64,000 nt of DNA. Source: Deltaproteobacteria bacterium (GTDB lineage Bacteria > Lernaellota > Lernaellaia > JACKCT01). The translations under genes were made by a program, and so were the position numbers. The stretch covers positions 3,872 through 67,871 of the forward strand of contig JADLEX010000141.1 of NCBI GenBank assembly GCA_020845895.1, in the 5' to 3' direction. Within the stretch, counting starts at the first letter, position 1. Every line of letters begins with the position of its first letter. The notes beneath the pieces were generated by a model that was not told the origin of the DNA, made no database searches, and saw only the letters and a program-made list of their open reading frames with translations. This document shows positions 37,011 to 46,595 of the stretch, in pieces.

Positions 37011-40000
37011 TTATCGGTCCAGCACCGTGCGAAGCGTCCGCAGCAGTTCCATCAGCTTGTAGGGTTTGGGCACGAAGGCCGAGGCGCCGCGGCGTAGATA
37101 ATCGTCGCGGTCGATCAGATCGGCGTGGCCGGTGGAGATCACCACTTTCGCGTTCGGCGACTTGGAGCGGATGATGTCGAGCGCCTCGCCGCCGGACATG
37201 CGCGGCATGGTGAGGTCGAGGATGACCCCGCCGATGCGCGCGCGATGCTCGATAAACGCCTCGACACCTTTGCGCCCGTCCTCGGCGACGATCACGGTGT
37301 AGCCCGCCTGCTGGAGCGTCTCGCGCAAAATGTCGCGGATCACCGCCTCGTCGTCCACCACGAGAATCGTCTCGGTGCCGCGCGGCAGATCGACCGCGAT
37401 CCCCGGCGTCGCTTCGACGGACCGCGACTCGGCCGCGGCGGGCAGGTAGATGCGAAACTCGGTGCCCGAACCGAGACGGCTGTCGAAGTCGATCCATCCC
37501 TCGTGCTGCTTGACGATGCCGAAGACGGTCGCGAGACCGAGGCCGGTACCACGCCCGGCCTCCTTGGTCGTGAAGAACGGCTCGAACAGCCGCTGCTTCG
37601 TCTCCTCGCTCATCCCCGCGCCGTTATCCGCGACGCGCAGCAGGACGTAAGCGCCGGGCTTCGCCTCGGGACGTGACGCGACTTGCGCGTCGTCGATGTC
37701 CCAGTTCGAAAGCGAGATCGAAATCGTGTACCGCTCGCGCAGCGCCGTCGCCACGCGGCCGTCGAGCACGTCCGTCAGGGCGTCGCGGGCGTTGATGCAC
37801 AGGTTCATCAGCACCTGCTGCACCTGCCCGGCGTCGGCGTTCACGCGGCGCAGGTCTTCGGGAACCTGCGCGTCGATATGGATACGCCGGTCAAAGGTTT
37901 CACTGAGCACCTTGCGCGTCTCATGGACGATCGTCCCCAGGTCGAGGACCTTGCGTTCGAGTTTCTCCTTGCGTGAAAACGCGAGCAGTTTCTTGACGAG
38001 ATCCGCCGCGCGCGCTGCCGCGGCCTTGGCGTTGTTCAGGTATTCGCGCCCGGCATCGCCGACATACAGCGACGCGAGTTCCTGATTGCCCATCACGCCG
38101 GTCAGGAGATTGTTGAAGTCGTGGGCAATGCCGCCGGCCAGCGTACCGATCGACTCCATCTTCGACGCGTGCAGGAGCTGCCGTTGCAGGTTTTCGCGTT
38201 CCTGCTCCGCGGTCACCTGCGCGGTCACGTCGCGAATCGCACTGTGCACCTTTGTCACGCCGTCTTCGGCCTGCCGTACGCCCTGCTCGCGCAAATGCAC
38301 CGTGCGTCCTTCGCGCGTCTGGAATCGGTAGGTCCATTCGACATCGCCCGGGGGACCGTCGAAGGGTCTTCCGCCGGGCTGCGTGAAGACGTGGCGGTCT
38401 TCGAGGGGGATGCGCTCGAGCCACCGCTCGATGCCGTTCGTCATCTCCTCGGCGGAGTACCCCAGAATCTGCTCGCAGCGCCCGCACAGGAACTGCGTGG
38501 AGGGATGCGCGCCCAGCGCCCGCGTGACGATGATGTCCGAGGTGCGTCCGGCGACGAGCGCGAAACGCTCCTCCGATTCGGTGAGCGCCTGCGCCGCGGC
38601 GCGCCGCTCGGACAGGTCCTGAACCAGCAGCACGTAGCCCGCGCGGCGTCCGTCCGCGCCCGTGAACACGCTGACGGTGGTCCGCGCGTGGATCGCGACT
38701 CCGTCGGCGCGCAGGTGTGTCAATTCGCCGGTATGGCGACCGGCGCGAAGGACCTCGTCACGAAACGGGATCAGATCGGGCGCGGCGCCCTCGTCCAGAA
38801 ACTCACGCACGCCCTTGCCGGCGAGCGCTGCCGCGTCGTCGCTGCCGTGGATACGCGCGAACGCGGGATTTGCGAAGACGATTGTTCCTTCGAGGTCGGC
38901 GACCGCGATGCCCTCGCCGACCTGCGCGATCACGCGGCCCATCCACTCGAGCCGCGCGGCGGCGTCTTTTTGTTCGGTGATGTCGCGCCCGACCGCGTGG
39001 ATCGCCAGCACCGAACCGTCGGGATCGGTGATCGGACGGTACGCGAACGAGTACCAGCCGAATCCGCCGACTTTGTCCTTGAGGCGCATTTCGATCTGCG
39101 AATCACCGCCGCGCGCCGCGCGCGACGCCGCCGCGCGCGCCCGCCCCAGGTCCGCGGGGTGCAGCAGCAGCGTGAAGTGGCTGCCGATCAGCTCGCGCGG
39201 TGAGTATCCGCTCGCGCGCAGAAACGCGTCGTTGACCTCGATGACCACGCCCTCGACGTCGAGCATGAAGATGATGTCGATCGCGTTTTCGATCAGGTCG
39301 CGATATTTGCGCTCGCTCTGCGACAGTTCGCGCGATCGGTCGGCGAGCAGTTCCTCGATGCGGATCAGCGAGCGTTCGCGCCGCGTCTTCTCGCACAGCG
39401 CGATCAGATAATCGATCTCGAAGGGCTCGCGCACGAACGCGTCCGCGCCATGGCGCGTCACGCGCACGGCGAGCGACTCCGCGGGCGACTCGGCGACGAC
39501 GATGACCGTCGAGCGCTCTTCCGCGGCCTTCAGCTCGGCGACCAACTCCTCGACGATGCCGTCGGGCAGCGGATGGCCCAGGACGACGAGTTCCGGGCGA
39601 TGGCTCTCGCGAAGCACGCGCGCCCGTTCAGCACCCGCGGCCTCGGCGACCTCGTAACCCGAGCGGCGCATGGCGTCGGCGACCATACGGCGCAGCGCGT
39701 CGTTCGCGTTGACCACCAGCGCGCGCACGGGCTTTTGCGGGATCTCGCCGGCCAGGAGTTTATCGACCGAGCGACGCAGTTCGTCGGGCGGGTAAGGCAC
39801 CGGCAGGAAGTGGTTCGCGCCGTTGTCGCGCGTCACCTGTTCGGTGTCGCTCCCCGCGAACGTGGCGGACTGAACGAGAATCGGGACCCGGTTGAATCGC
39901 GGGAAATGGCTACTGCGCAACAGGCGGCACAGCTTCCAGCCGTCGATGCGCGGCATGTAGAGGTCGGTGACGACGAGATCGAGATCGGGTCCCTCGACGG

Positions 40001-40169
40001 CGCGGAGAATCGCCTCCTCGCCGTCGGACGCAACGACAACCTCGTGACCCATCTCGCGAATGGTGCGCGCGGTGAGATCGAGCTGAAAAGGATCGTCGTT
40101 GACGACCAAAATACGTCGGGTTTCACCCGCACCGGGCATCTGGTCGTCAGAACGCAAGGGGTGGACCAT
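37011..40169 (-). CDS. hybrid sensor histidine kinase with two N-terminal REC domains, PAS domains, HisKA/HATPase and a C-terminal REC
   Basis: Over 1050 aa. N-terminal receiver (ILVVNDDPFQLD...VTDLYMPRIDGW). PAS/PAC regions. H-box (GGIAHDFNNLL). HATPase (DNGAGM, GTGLGLA). C-terminal receiver (ILVVDDEAVIRD...DLTMPRMSG). Start taken at the Met 20 codons into the ORF. Confidence 0.85.
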   Translation of the reverse strand: MVHPLRSDDQMPGAGETRRILVVNDDPFQLDLTARTIREMGHEVVVASDGEEAILRAVEGPDLDLVVTDLYMPRIDGWKLCRLLRSSHFPRFNRVPILVQSATFAGSDTEQVTRDNGANHFLPVPYPPDELRRSVDKLLAGEIPQKPVRALVVNANDALRRMVADAMRRSGYEVAEAAGAERARVLRESHRPELVVLGHPLPDGIVEELVAELKAAEERSTVIVVAESPAESLAVRVTRHGADAFVREPFEIDYLIALCEKTRRERSLIRIEELLADRSRELSQSERKYRDLIENAIDIIFMLDVEGVVIEVNDAFLRASGYSPRELIGSHFTLLLHPADLGRARAAASRAARGGDSQIEMRLKDKVGGFGWYSFAYRPITDPDGSVLAIHAVGRDITEQKDAAARLEWMGRVIAQVGEGIAVADLEGTIVFANPAFARIHGSDDAAALAGKGVREFLDEGAAPDLIPFRDEVLRAGRHTGELTHLRADGVAIHARTTVSVFTGADGRRAGYVLLVQDLSERRAAAQALTESEERFALVAGRTSDIIVTRALGAHPSTQFLCGRCEQILGYSAEEMTNGIERWLERIPLEDRHVFTQPGGRPFDGPPGDVEWTYRFQTREGRTVHLREQGVRQAEDGVTKVHSAIRDVTAQVTAEQERENLQRQLLHASKMESIGTLAGGIAHDFNNLLTGVMGNQELASLYVGDAGREYLNNAKAAAARAADLVKKLLAFSRKEKLERKVLDLGTIVHETRKVLSETFDRRIHIDAQVPEDLRRVNADAGQVQQVLMNLCINARDALTDVLDGRVATALRERYTISISLSNWDIDDAQVASRPEAKPGAYVLLRVADNGAGMSEETKQRLFEPFFTTKEAGRGTGLGLATVFGIVKQHEGWIDFDSRLGSGTEFRIYLPAAAESRSVEATPGIAVDLPRGTETILVVDDEAVIRDILRETLQQAGYTVIVAEDGRKGVEAFIEHRARIGGVILDLTMPRMSGGEALDIIRSKSPNAKVVISTGHADLIDRDDYLRRGASAFVPKPYKLMELLRTLRTVLDR

Positions 40170-40461
40170 ACCCACTCCGCGTGCCCAGATTTCGCCCCCG
40201 GCTCGGCCCGCCGAACCGGCGAGTCGCAAGCTGTCCTAAACGCACGAGGGCGCGAATCCATCCATGATTAAACCGGATTATGAAGGAAGCAGCTCTAAAT
40301 GTCAAATATCCTTGAGGAATTTCCAGGCGAGGCTTCGGGAAGATGGACTTGCGGAAACGCCCTCACCCCCCATCCCCTCTCCCGTCATGACGGGAGAGGG
40401 GTGGCGAGCGAAGCGAACCGGGGTGAGGGTTCTCTCGCACGACGGACGGCGGCGACTTCCC

Positions 40462-41172
40462 TCAGTGCGCGGCCGGTCGGTTGGCCATCATTCGGTTCTG
40501 CGAGTCCACAAACGATCGAACGACGTCCACGGCGCCGTCGATGCCCAGGGAACCGGTGTTGAGAACGAGATCGTACTGCGTGGGATCATCGATGGCCGCG
40601 CTGAAGTTTTGCAGGATGAACGCCCGCTGGTTGCTCTCGGAACGCACGAGCCGTCGTTCGGCTTCCGCCTCAGGGACGTGGTAGTAGTTCGCCACGCTTT
40701 CGATGCGCATCTCGCGCGGGCAGACCACCCGCACGCGCACGCAGGGGTCGCGCGGCAGGATGAAGTTCGCGCCGCGCCCGACGATGACCGCGTGGCCGTG
40801 CCGCCCGATCGTGGCGATGACCCGGAGCAGGTGCTGCTGGTACTGGTCGGGCCACAGATGCTGGCGGCTGACCAGGCCAGTGATCCAGTGCGAGAGCAGG
40901 CTCTGCTCCTTTTCGTCGAGCGTCTCGACGATGGCCGTGCTCATGTTCACGCTTTGCGCCACGCGGCTGATGAGATCTCGGTCGAACAGATCCCACCCCA
41001 GCGTCGCGGCCAGACGCTCGGCCACCAGACGGCCTCCGCTGCCCGGCTCCCGCGACAGCGTGACCACGCTCTTCCCCGCGCCGCCGCCGCTGCCGCGGCC
41101 GCGACCCTCGATGCGCCAACGTCGGACCTGGTCCTCGACGAGCTTCTGCACGGAACGCGATGTGCTCTGCAT
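40462..41172 (-). CDS. cytidylate-kinase-like family protein (P-loop NTPase)
   Basis: Walker A-like REPGSGG, an overall CMP-kinase-like fold, and a Gly-rich low-complexity insert near the N-terminus. Confidence 0.55.
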   Translation of the reverse strand: MQSTSRSVQKLVEDQVRRWRIEGRGRGSGGGAGKSVVTLSREPGSGGRLVAERLAATLGWDLFDRDLISRVAQSVNMSTAIVETLDEKEQSLLSHWITGLVSRQHLWPDQYQQHLLRVIATIGRHGHAVIVGRGANFILPRDPCVRVRVVCPREMRIESVANYYHVPEAEAERRLVRSESNQRAFILQNFSAAIDDPTQYDLVLNTGSLGIDGAVDVVRSFVDSQNRMMANRPAAH

Positions 41173-41329
41173 GACATGCCTCCGTCCGTCGTCCCAATTG
41201 GGCTCATCGTGATGACTCAAAGAACGCCGATGGGGCGATTATAACACGATGGCGGAGAAGGGAAGGAAAAAATGACCACGCCCAAGTCGTGTCGTACGGC
41301 GTGGGCGTTGAGGAAGATCCGGGTTGCGC

Positions 41330-42049
41330 TCAACCGTTGTCGTCGAGCCAGTCGAGGATTTCCTGGAAGTCCGGGACCTGCGAGGCGGGGTAGGACTTGA
41401 TCCAGACGAGGACACCGGTCGGGTCGATGAGAATATTGCCCCGCACGTCGGTGCCGGTCGCGGAATTGTAGAACCCAAACATGTCGGCGACCGCGCCCTT
41501 GGGGTCGATGTCGGCGAGCAGCAGGACGTTTTCCAGCTCGCAGTTCCCGGCCCAGTCGACCTGCGTCGCGTGGGTGTCCGCCGAGGTGCCGAAGGGCATG
41601 GTGTTGCGGCTCCAGAAGTCCGCCGCATAGTCGTCGAGCGATTTCATTTGAAGCGAGCACACGGCGGTGTTCGCCTTGGGATTGGTCGATAGCAGCACGT
41701 ACTGGCCGAGGTAGTCGGACAGCGTCACGGTGCTGCCGTCGTGTGCGAGCAGCGACCAATCGGGCACGTCATCGCCCACTTCGAGGGGATAGTCGGCGTC
41801 GTCGTCGCCCGTGTCGTCGTCGGATGCGTCGTCGTCCGCGGCATCGTCGTCTCCGTCGTCATCATCCGCCGCGTCGTCGTCGCCATCGTCGTCGTCTGAA
41901 TCATCGTCGCCGCTCGTATCCGTGGACGACGATCCGCCGCTGTCGCCGTCGACGGTCCCGTCATCGTCGTCGTCGCCCCCACACGCGCCGAAGCTCATCG
42001 CGAATGCCGCGCACAGGAAAAATCCCAAGAACCTCGATCGTCTCGTCAT
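41330..42049 (-). CDS. thioredoxin-fold (redoxin/peroxiredoxin-like) lipoprotein with approx. 70-aa poly-Asp linker
   Basis: Lipobox (AMSFGACGG), then a long D/G/S/A acidic linker, then a redoxin-like domain (YVLLSTNPKANTAVCSLQM...). Confidence 0.65.
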   Translation of the reverse strand: MTRRSRFLGFFLCAAFAMSFGACGGDDDDDGTVDGDSGGSSSTDTSGDDDSDDDDGDDDAADDDDGDDDAADDDASDDDTGDDDADYPLEVGDDVPDWSLLAHDGSTVTLSDYLGQYVLLSTNPKANTAVCSLQMKSLDDYAADFWSRNTMPFGTSADTHATQVDWAGNCELENVLLLADIDPKGAVADMFGFYNSATGTDVRGNILIDPTGVLVWIKSYPASQVPDFQEILDWLDDNG

Positions 42050-42179
42050 GGCCATCGACCACACTCCCGCCATCCGGCGACATACAATGTTCGTAACCAT
42101 GCAGGGAGACCGCCCGAAAATCCATGACGCCCGTCGGGTTTTCCGGGAATTCCGTGAGGGATGATCCCGGGAACCGAAA

Positions 42180-43247
42180 TCAATCGCCCTCGGAAAACGC
42201 CGAAAAGTATTCGGGCGCGGATTCGCCCATCATCACGTCGTAGATCAGCTTGAAGTTCAGCTTGAAGGCGCTGACGTAGTCCCCGCCCAGTCGCCCCGGC
42301 CGCTCCAGATTGTCGGTATAGAGCATGCCGGGAACGTGGACGTGGTGGCCGTGACGCTCGTTCGCGAGCGCGACGATCCGCTCGATGAGCAGGTTCTTCT
42401 CGTTCGCGCACGACGCTTCCTTGAACGCGGCGGGCACCTTGTCCTTCGCGAGGGCGTCGGCAATGGCGATGAGCTGCGCGTCGTCCACCGTCATCTCGGT
42501 CTGAAGGCTCATCGGCGCGAGGGTGCGGAAACCGTAATCTCGCGCGAAGTATTTGAGCGCGTCGTGAACGGTTACGATCACGCGCTTCGATTCCGGGATC
42601 CGCGCGGCCGCGGCTTTCGTCTGCGTGTCGAGTTCGCGAAGCTGGGTGATGTAGGCGTCGGCGTTCGCCCGAAACGTCTCCTCCTGCTGCGGCCACATGC
42701 GAATGAGCGTGTCGCGCACCTTTTCGACGCACAGGATGTAGTTGGGAACGCTCCACCAGATGTGCGAATCCGGCGGCGCATCGGGTGCGCGAACCAGCGA
42801 CAAGTCCGGAATCTCGGCGAGCAGCAGGCCGCGCCGCCCGGCGAAGTCGATCGTCTCGCGCATGCGCGTCTCGAAACGCAACCCCACGGCGACAGTGAGC
42901 TGCGCGTCGCGCACGGCGATCGTGTCCTCGGCGCGCGGTCGGTAAGCGTGGGGATCGTCGCGGTGGCGAACCAGCGTCTGCACGCGGACCCAGTCACCGG
43001 CGAGACGCGTGACGAGGTCCGCGACAAGGGCCGTGCTGCACACGACGAGGGGCTTCGTCAGATCCTCGCCGGGCCGCTTGAGTTCCATGAACGGTTTGGC
43101 TTTCTGCGTCGCGGCGTCCTCGGGCCTGACCGTGGTGACGCCGACCTCGACGTCTTTGCAGCCGGCCGCCAGGAGCGCGAATGCCAGCAGGATGAGCGAA
43201 AGGCGGAGACGAAAACGGATTTCACGTCGAATCGGCATGAGCGACAT
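42180..43247 (-). CDS. metal ABC transporter substrate-binding lipoprotein (ZnuA/TroA family)
   Basis: Lipobox (LLAAGC). TroA-like two-lobe fold with metal-ligand His residues and an HGHHVHV His-rich stretch. Confidence 0.8.
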   Translation of the reverse strand: MSLMPIRREIRFRLRLSLILLAFALLAAGCKDVEVGVTTVRPEDAATQKAKPFMELKRPGEDLTKPLVVCSTALVADLVTRLAGDWVRVQTLVRHRDDPHAYRPRAEDTIAVRDAQLTVAVGLRFETRMRETIDFAGRRGLLLAEIPDLSLVRAPDAPPDSHIWWSVPNYILCVEKVRDTLIRMWPQQEETFRANADAYITQLRELDTQTKAAAARIPESKRVIVTVHDALKYFARDYGFRTLAPMSLQTEMTVDDAQLIAIADALAKDKVPAAFKEASCANEKNLLIERIVALANERHGHHVHVPGMLYTDNLERPGRLGGDYVSAFKLNFKLIYDVMMGESAPEYFSAFSEGD

Positions 43248-43306
43248 TCAAACAGAATCCCGGGCGTGTGAAAAGCGACACCGCATGATTCGCCCGAGGC
43301 GCCGTC

Positions 43307-45064
43307 TCACTTGCCGACCATGCCGATCGCCTCGCCATCCTTGAAGTGATGAACGGCGAAACCGCGCGTCATCATCATCTCCAGAATCTTCGCACGCGGC
43401 AGCGTCGAGTAGAACGCAAAGAACCCGTGCCCGATCTGCGCGACGTAAAAATCGCGGCTGCCGGGCCTGCGGTAGCGGTCGATGTCCTGCCGGCTCAGGA
43501 AAAAGCCCATGCTGTCGAGTGGAATAAACGCCACGCCCCGTTTTTTCAGGTACGCCCACGGGGCCTGCTTTTCGTGCGCCACGAGCCCGCTGCCCGGTTG
43601 CGGCGAGCGCGCGACGGTCGCGTCCGTCAGGCCGAAAATGTCCACGGTCGTCAGGCCGGTGACGTACGGAATGATGCCGACCGGTCCGAGGGCGATCACG
43701 TCGTCGCGCCGCACGAGCCCCGCGTCCATGGCGACGCGAAGCTGTTTCGCCTGCGCGAGTTGGGAGTTCTGCCCGTAACGCAGGTTCTCGATGCGGATTC
43801 CCGCGAGGTGCGCGGCGACCGGCGCGTAGGTGCGGTTGAAGAGGTCGAACCAATGCGCGAAGGGCGGGATGCGCGCGATCGTGCCGAACTGCATCTCGCC
43901 CAGGTATGGAGTAACCGGTTTCGCGCCCGGTCGAAACGGCCTCGAGAGTTTTTGCGGGATGAGCCCGGAGACGAGCGCCACGGCCACGGCGAGCGCGATC
44001 GCGACCGAGCGACCGTTTTTCACCTGGCCTTCGACCACCGAGCAACTGTCGGCAACGAGCAGCGCGACAATGGGCAGGATCGGGTGGAGCAAACGGTACT
44101 CGAAGTGATCGCCACCCACCGCCGCAATGTAGAACGCATATGCCGTGACACTTCCCCACGCGAAGAGGACGTTCGCGCGACGACCCGCGTCGCCCGGGCG
44201 GATGATTCCGGCGAGCGCGATCGGCAACACGAAAAACGCGGCATGCTCGATCAGGAACGTGGCGAGATACGGCAGGCCGGTGTCGAACCGCGCGCCGGGC
44301 ACCTTTGCGTAGAAGGTGTTGGGAAGCCACGCGCCGTAAACGTGGTGCCGCCACAACAGGTGCGCGATCACGGGCGCGGCAAAAAGCGCGACGCCGATCG
44401 CGAGGCGGCCGGGACGCATTGGACGGGAACGGCCCGCGCTTCGATCGCGCAACGCGAGGCCCGCCTCGGCCGCGAGGGTCATCGCGAAAAACAGCGCGCC
44501 TTCGAGCCGCGTCAGCGTGGCCGCCGCGAAAAACAGGCCCGACCAGGGGAACCAACCCGGTTCGTGTCGTTCTTCCAGACGCCTTGCCCAGCCGATGGTG
44601 ACCAGAAACGTGAAGAGTGCGGTTTCGAGGCCGCCGGAACTCCACGCGACGAAGGTGCGATTGACGGCCAGCAACGCCGGTGCGATCAGCGCGTGCGCCC
44701 ACGGGCGATCGGGGAACCAGCGGCGCCACGCGCGAAAGATCGTGACGAGCGTGAGCGCGGAACACGTCCAGCCCAAGGCGAACGCGGCGGTCTCCGGCCG
44801 GATCCCGACGCCCATCGCAACGCGCAACCACGCCAGCCACAAAAAGCCCGTGTAGCCTTCGACCGCTTCGCCCGCGTTGAAGACGGGGCCGAGCCCATCC
44901 ACCCAGTTTTTCGCATAGCGAAAGTAGATGTACGCGTCGTCGACGAGGAACGGATAGGTGCTCGCATGCGCGACGCACGCCGCCATGACGAGGCCGAGCC
45001 CGAGCGCCGCCGTCCGCGCGGACGGGTCACGGGCCGGAGAGATGTGGTTTTGGCCGACGGACAT
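43307..45064 (-). CDS. GT-C-fold membrane glycosyltransferase (ArnT/PMT/arabinosyltransferase-like)
   Basis: 585 aa with over 10 predicted TM segments. An N-terminal DDxY-type motif (LVDDAYIYFRYAKN) characteristic of polyprenyl-phosphate-sugar-dependent GT-C enzymes. Confidence 0.65.
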   Translation of the reverse strand: MSVGQNHISPARDPSARTAALGLGLVMAACVAHASTYPFLVDDAYIYFRYAKNWVDGLGPVFNAGEAVEGYTGFLWLAWLRVAMGVGIRPETAAFALGWTCSALTLVTIFRAWRRWFPDRPWAHALIAPALLAVNRTFVAWSSGGLETALFTFLVTIGWARRLEERHEPGWFPWSGLFFAAATLTRLEGALFFAMTLAAEAGLALRDRSAGRSRPMRPGRLAIGVALFAAPVIAHLLWRHHVYGAWLPNTFYAKVPGARFDTGLPYLATFLIEHAAFFVLPIALAGIIRPGDAGRRANVLFAWGSVTAYAFYIAAVGGDHFEYRLLHPILPIVALLVADSCSVVEGQVKNGRSVAIALAVAVALVSGLIPQKLSRPFRPGAKPVTPYLGEMQFGTIARIPPFAHWFDLFNRTYAPVAAHLAGIRIENLRYGQNSQLAQAKQLRVAMDAGLVRRDDVIALGPVGIIPYVTGLTTVDIFGLTDATVARSPQPGSGLVAHEKQAPWAYLKKRGVAFIPLDSMGFFLSRQDIDRYRRPGSRDFYVAQIGHGFFAFYSTLPRAKILEMMMTRGFAVHHFKDGEAIGMVGK

Positions 45065-45215
45065 TGGGACTCGATGGTGCGCGCATCATATCAGACGAGC
45101 GCCGCGCGGGAACGCATCGCAAAACGATTTCGCCCGAAAAGCGACGCGGACCGACAATTGTCATAACGGTCACCGCCCGGTTTTCGGCACAGGAAGAGAT
45201 CCATCGGGAGGCCGC

Positions 45216-46592
45216 GTGACGGGGTTCATCGATCTGTGGCGTGTTTCGGGGCGGGTGAACCGCAGGACGTTCGCGATCGTCGGCGTCGTCGCGATGGCGC
45301 TCAAATACAACATCGATCGTATCGTCGCGGCGGTGTTCGAACGGCCGTGGGACCCGCTCCAGTACTGGTTCCCCGGGCTCGGCGCGACCGTGCTGCAATT
45401 GCGTCCCGAGGACGGCGCGTTTGCGGGCGCGATGTTGGCCACGGCGATCCCGTTCATCTGGCTCGGCACCGCGCTCACCGCGAAACGTCTGCGCGACATC
45501 GGCTGGCCGGTGTGGCTCGTGCCGGTCTTTTTCGTGCCCTTCGTCAACCTGCTGTTTTTCGTCGCCCTGTGCGTTGCGCCGTCGGCCGCGACGAAGACGG
45601 ACGCCGATCGTCCGCGCTGGCTGCGGTGGCTGCCCGAGAGCGACCTCGGGTCCGCGCTGATGGGCGCGGCCGTCGCGCCGATGGCGCTGTTGCCGGTCGG
45701 AGCACTCGGGATCTACGGACTGCGACAGTACGGCTGGGGGCTTTTCGTCGGCATCCCCTTCGCGCAGGGGCTTTTCGCTGTGTTGCTCGCGTCGGTGCGC
45801 CGCTCGCGCGGCCTCGGCGAGTGCATCGCCATTGCGGGCGGTTCGGCGCTGGTGACCGGTGCGATCATCTTCTTCGCGGCGTGGGAAGGCATCCTGTGTA
45901 TCGCCATGGCCTCGCCCATCGCGGTCACGCTCGCCGTGCTCGGCGGGCTCGTCGGTTGGGGCATGGTTTGTGCGGGTTCGGCGGGCAGCCAATCCGCGGC
46001 CGGGGCCGCGCTCGCGATTTTCGTGGCGCTCCCCGCGCTGATGGGCGCGGAATATCAGGCCGGGTCGCGTCCCGTCGTGCTGCCGGTCCACACGGCGATC
46101 GACATCGAAGCACCGCCCGAGGTCGTTTGGCGTCACGTCATCGCGTTCGCCGAGTTGCCGCCGGCCACCGAAACGGTCTTTCGTCTCGGTATCGCGTATC
46201 CAACCCGCGCACGCATCGAGGGCACGGGCGTGGGCGCGGTGCGCCACTGCGAGTTTTCCACGGGGGCGTTCGTCGAGCCGATCACCGTGTGGGACGAGCC
46301 GCGGCGGCTGGAGTTCGACGTCGTCGCGCAGCCGAGGCCGATGGACGAGTGGTCGTGGAGAGACCACGTCGACGCTCCGCACCTGGACGATTTTTTGGTG
46401 AGCGAACGCGGGCGGTTCTTGCTCACGCCGATTCCCGGCGGGACGCGTCTCACCGGGACGACGTGGTATCGGCACAACATCTGGCCCGAAGCGTATTGGC
46501 GGCTGTGGTCGGACGGCATCATCCATGCGATCCACCGGCGCGTGCTGGGGCACATCAGGAATTTGGCTCTGGCGGAAGAGCCGGCTTCGTGA
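45216..46592 (+). CDS. membrane protein fusing a DUF805 N-terminal module to a C-terminal SRPBCC (polyketide-cyclase/START-like) domain
   Basis: GTG start after GGAGG. DUF805-like blocks (GRVNRRTF, AKRLRDIGWPVW). Additional TM segments. The C-terminal domain has an SRPBCC-like pattern (VWRHVIAFAELPPAT...TWYRHNIWPEAYWR). Confidence 0.6.
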   Translation: MTGFIDLWRVSGRVNRRTFAIVGVVAMALKYNIDRIVAAVFERPWDPLQYWFPGLGATVLQLRPEDGAFAGAMLATAIPFIWLGTALTAKRLRDIGWPVWLVPVFFVPFVNLLFFVALCVAPSAATKTDADRPRWLRWLPESDLGSALMGAAVAPMALLPVGALGIYGLRQYGWGLFVGIPFAQGLFAVLLASVRRSRGLGECIAIAGGSALVTGAIIFFAAWEGILCIAMASPIAVTLAVLGGLVGWGMVCAGSAGSQSAAGAALAIFVALPALMGAEYQAGSRPVVLPVHTAIDIEAPPEVVWRHVIAFAELPPATETVFRLGIAYPTRARIEGTGVGAVRHCEFSTGAFVEPITVWDEPRRLEFDVVAQPRPMDEWSWRDHVDAPHLDDFLVSERGRFLLTPIPGGTRLTGTTWYRHNIWPEAYWRLWSDGIIHAIHRRVLGHIRNLALAEEPAS

Positions 46593-46595
46593 ACG

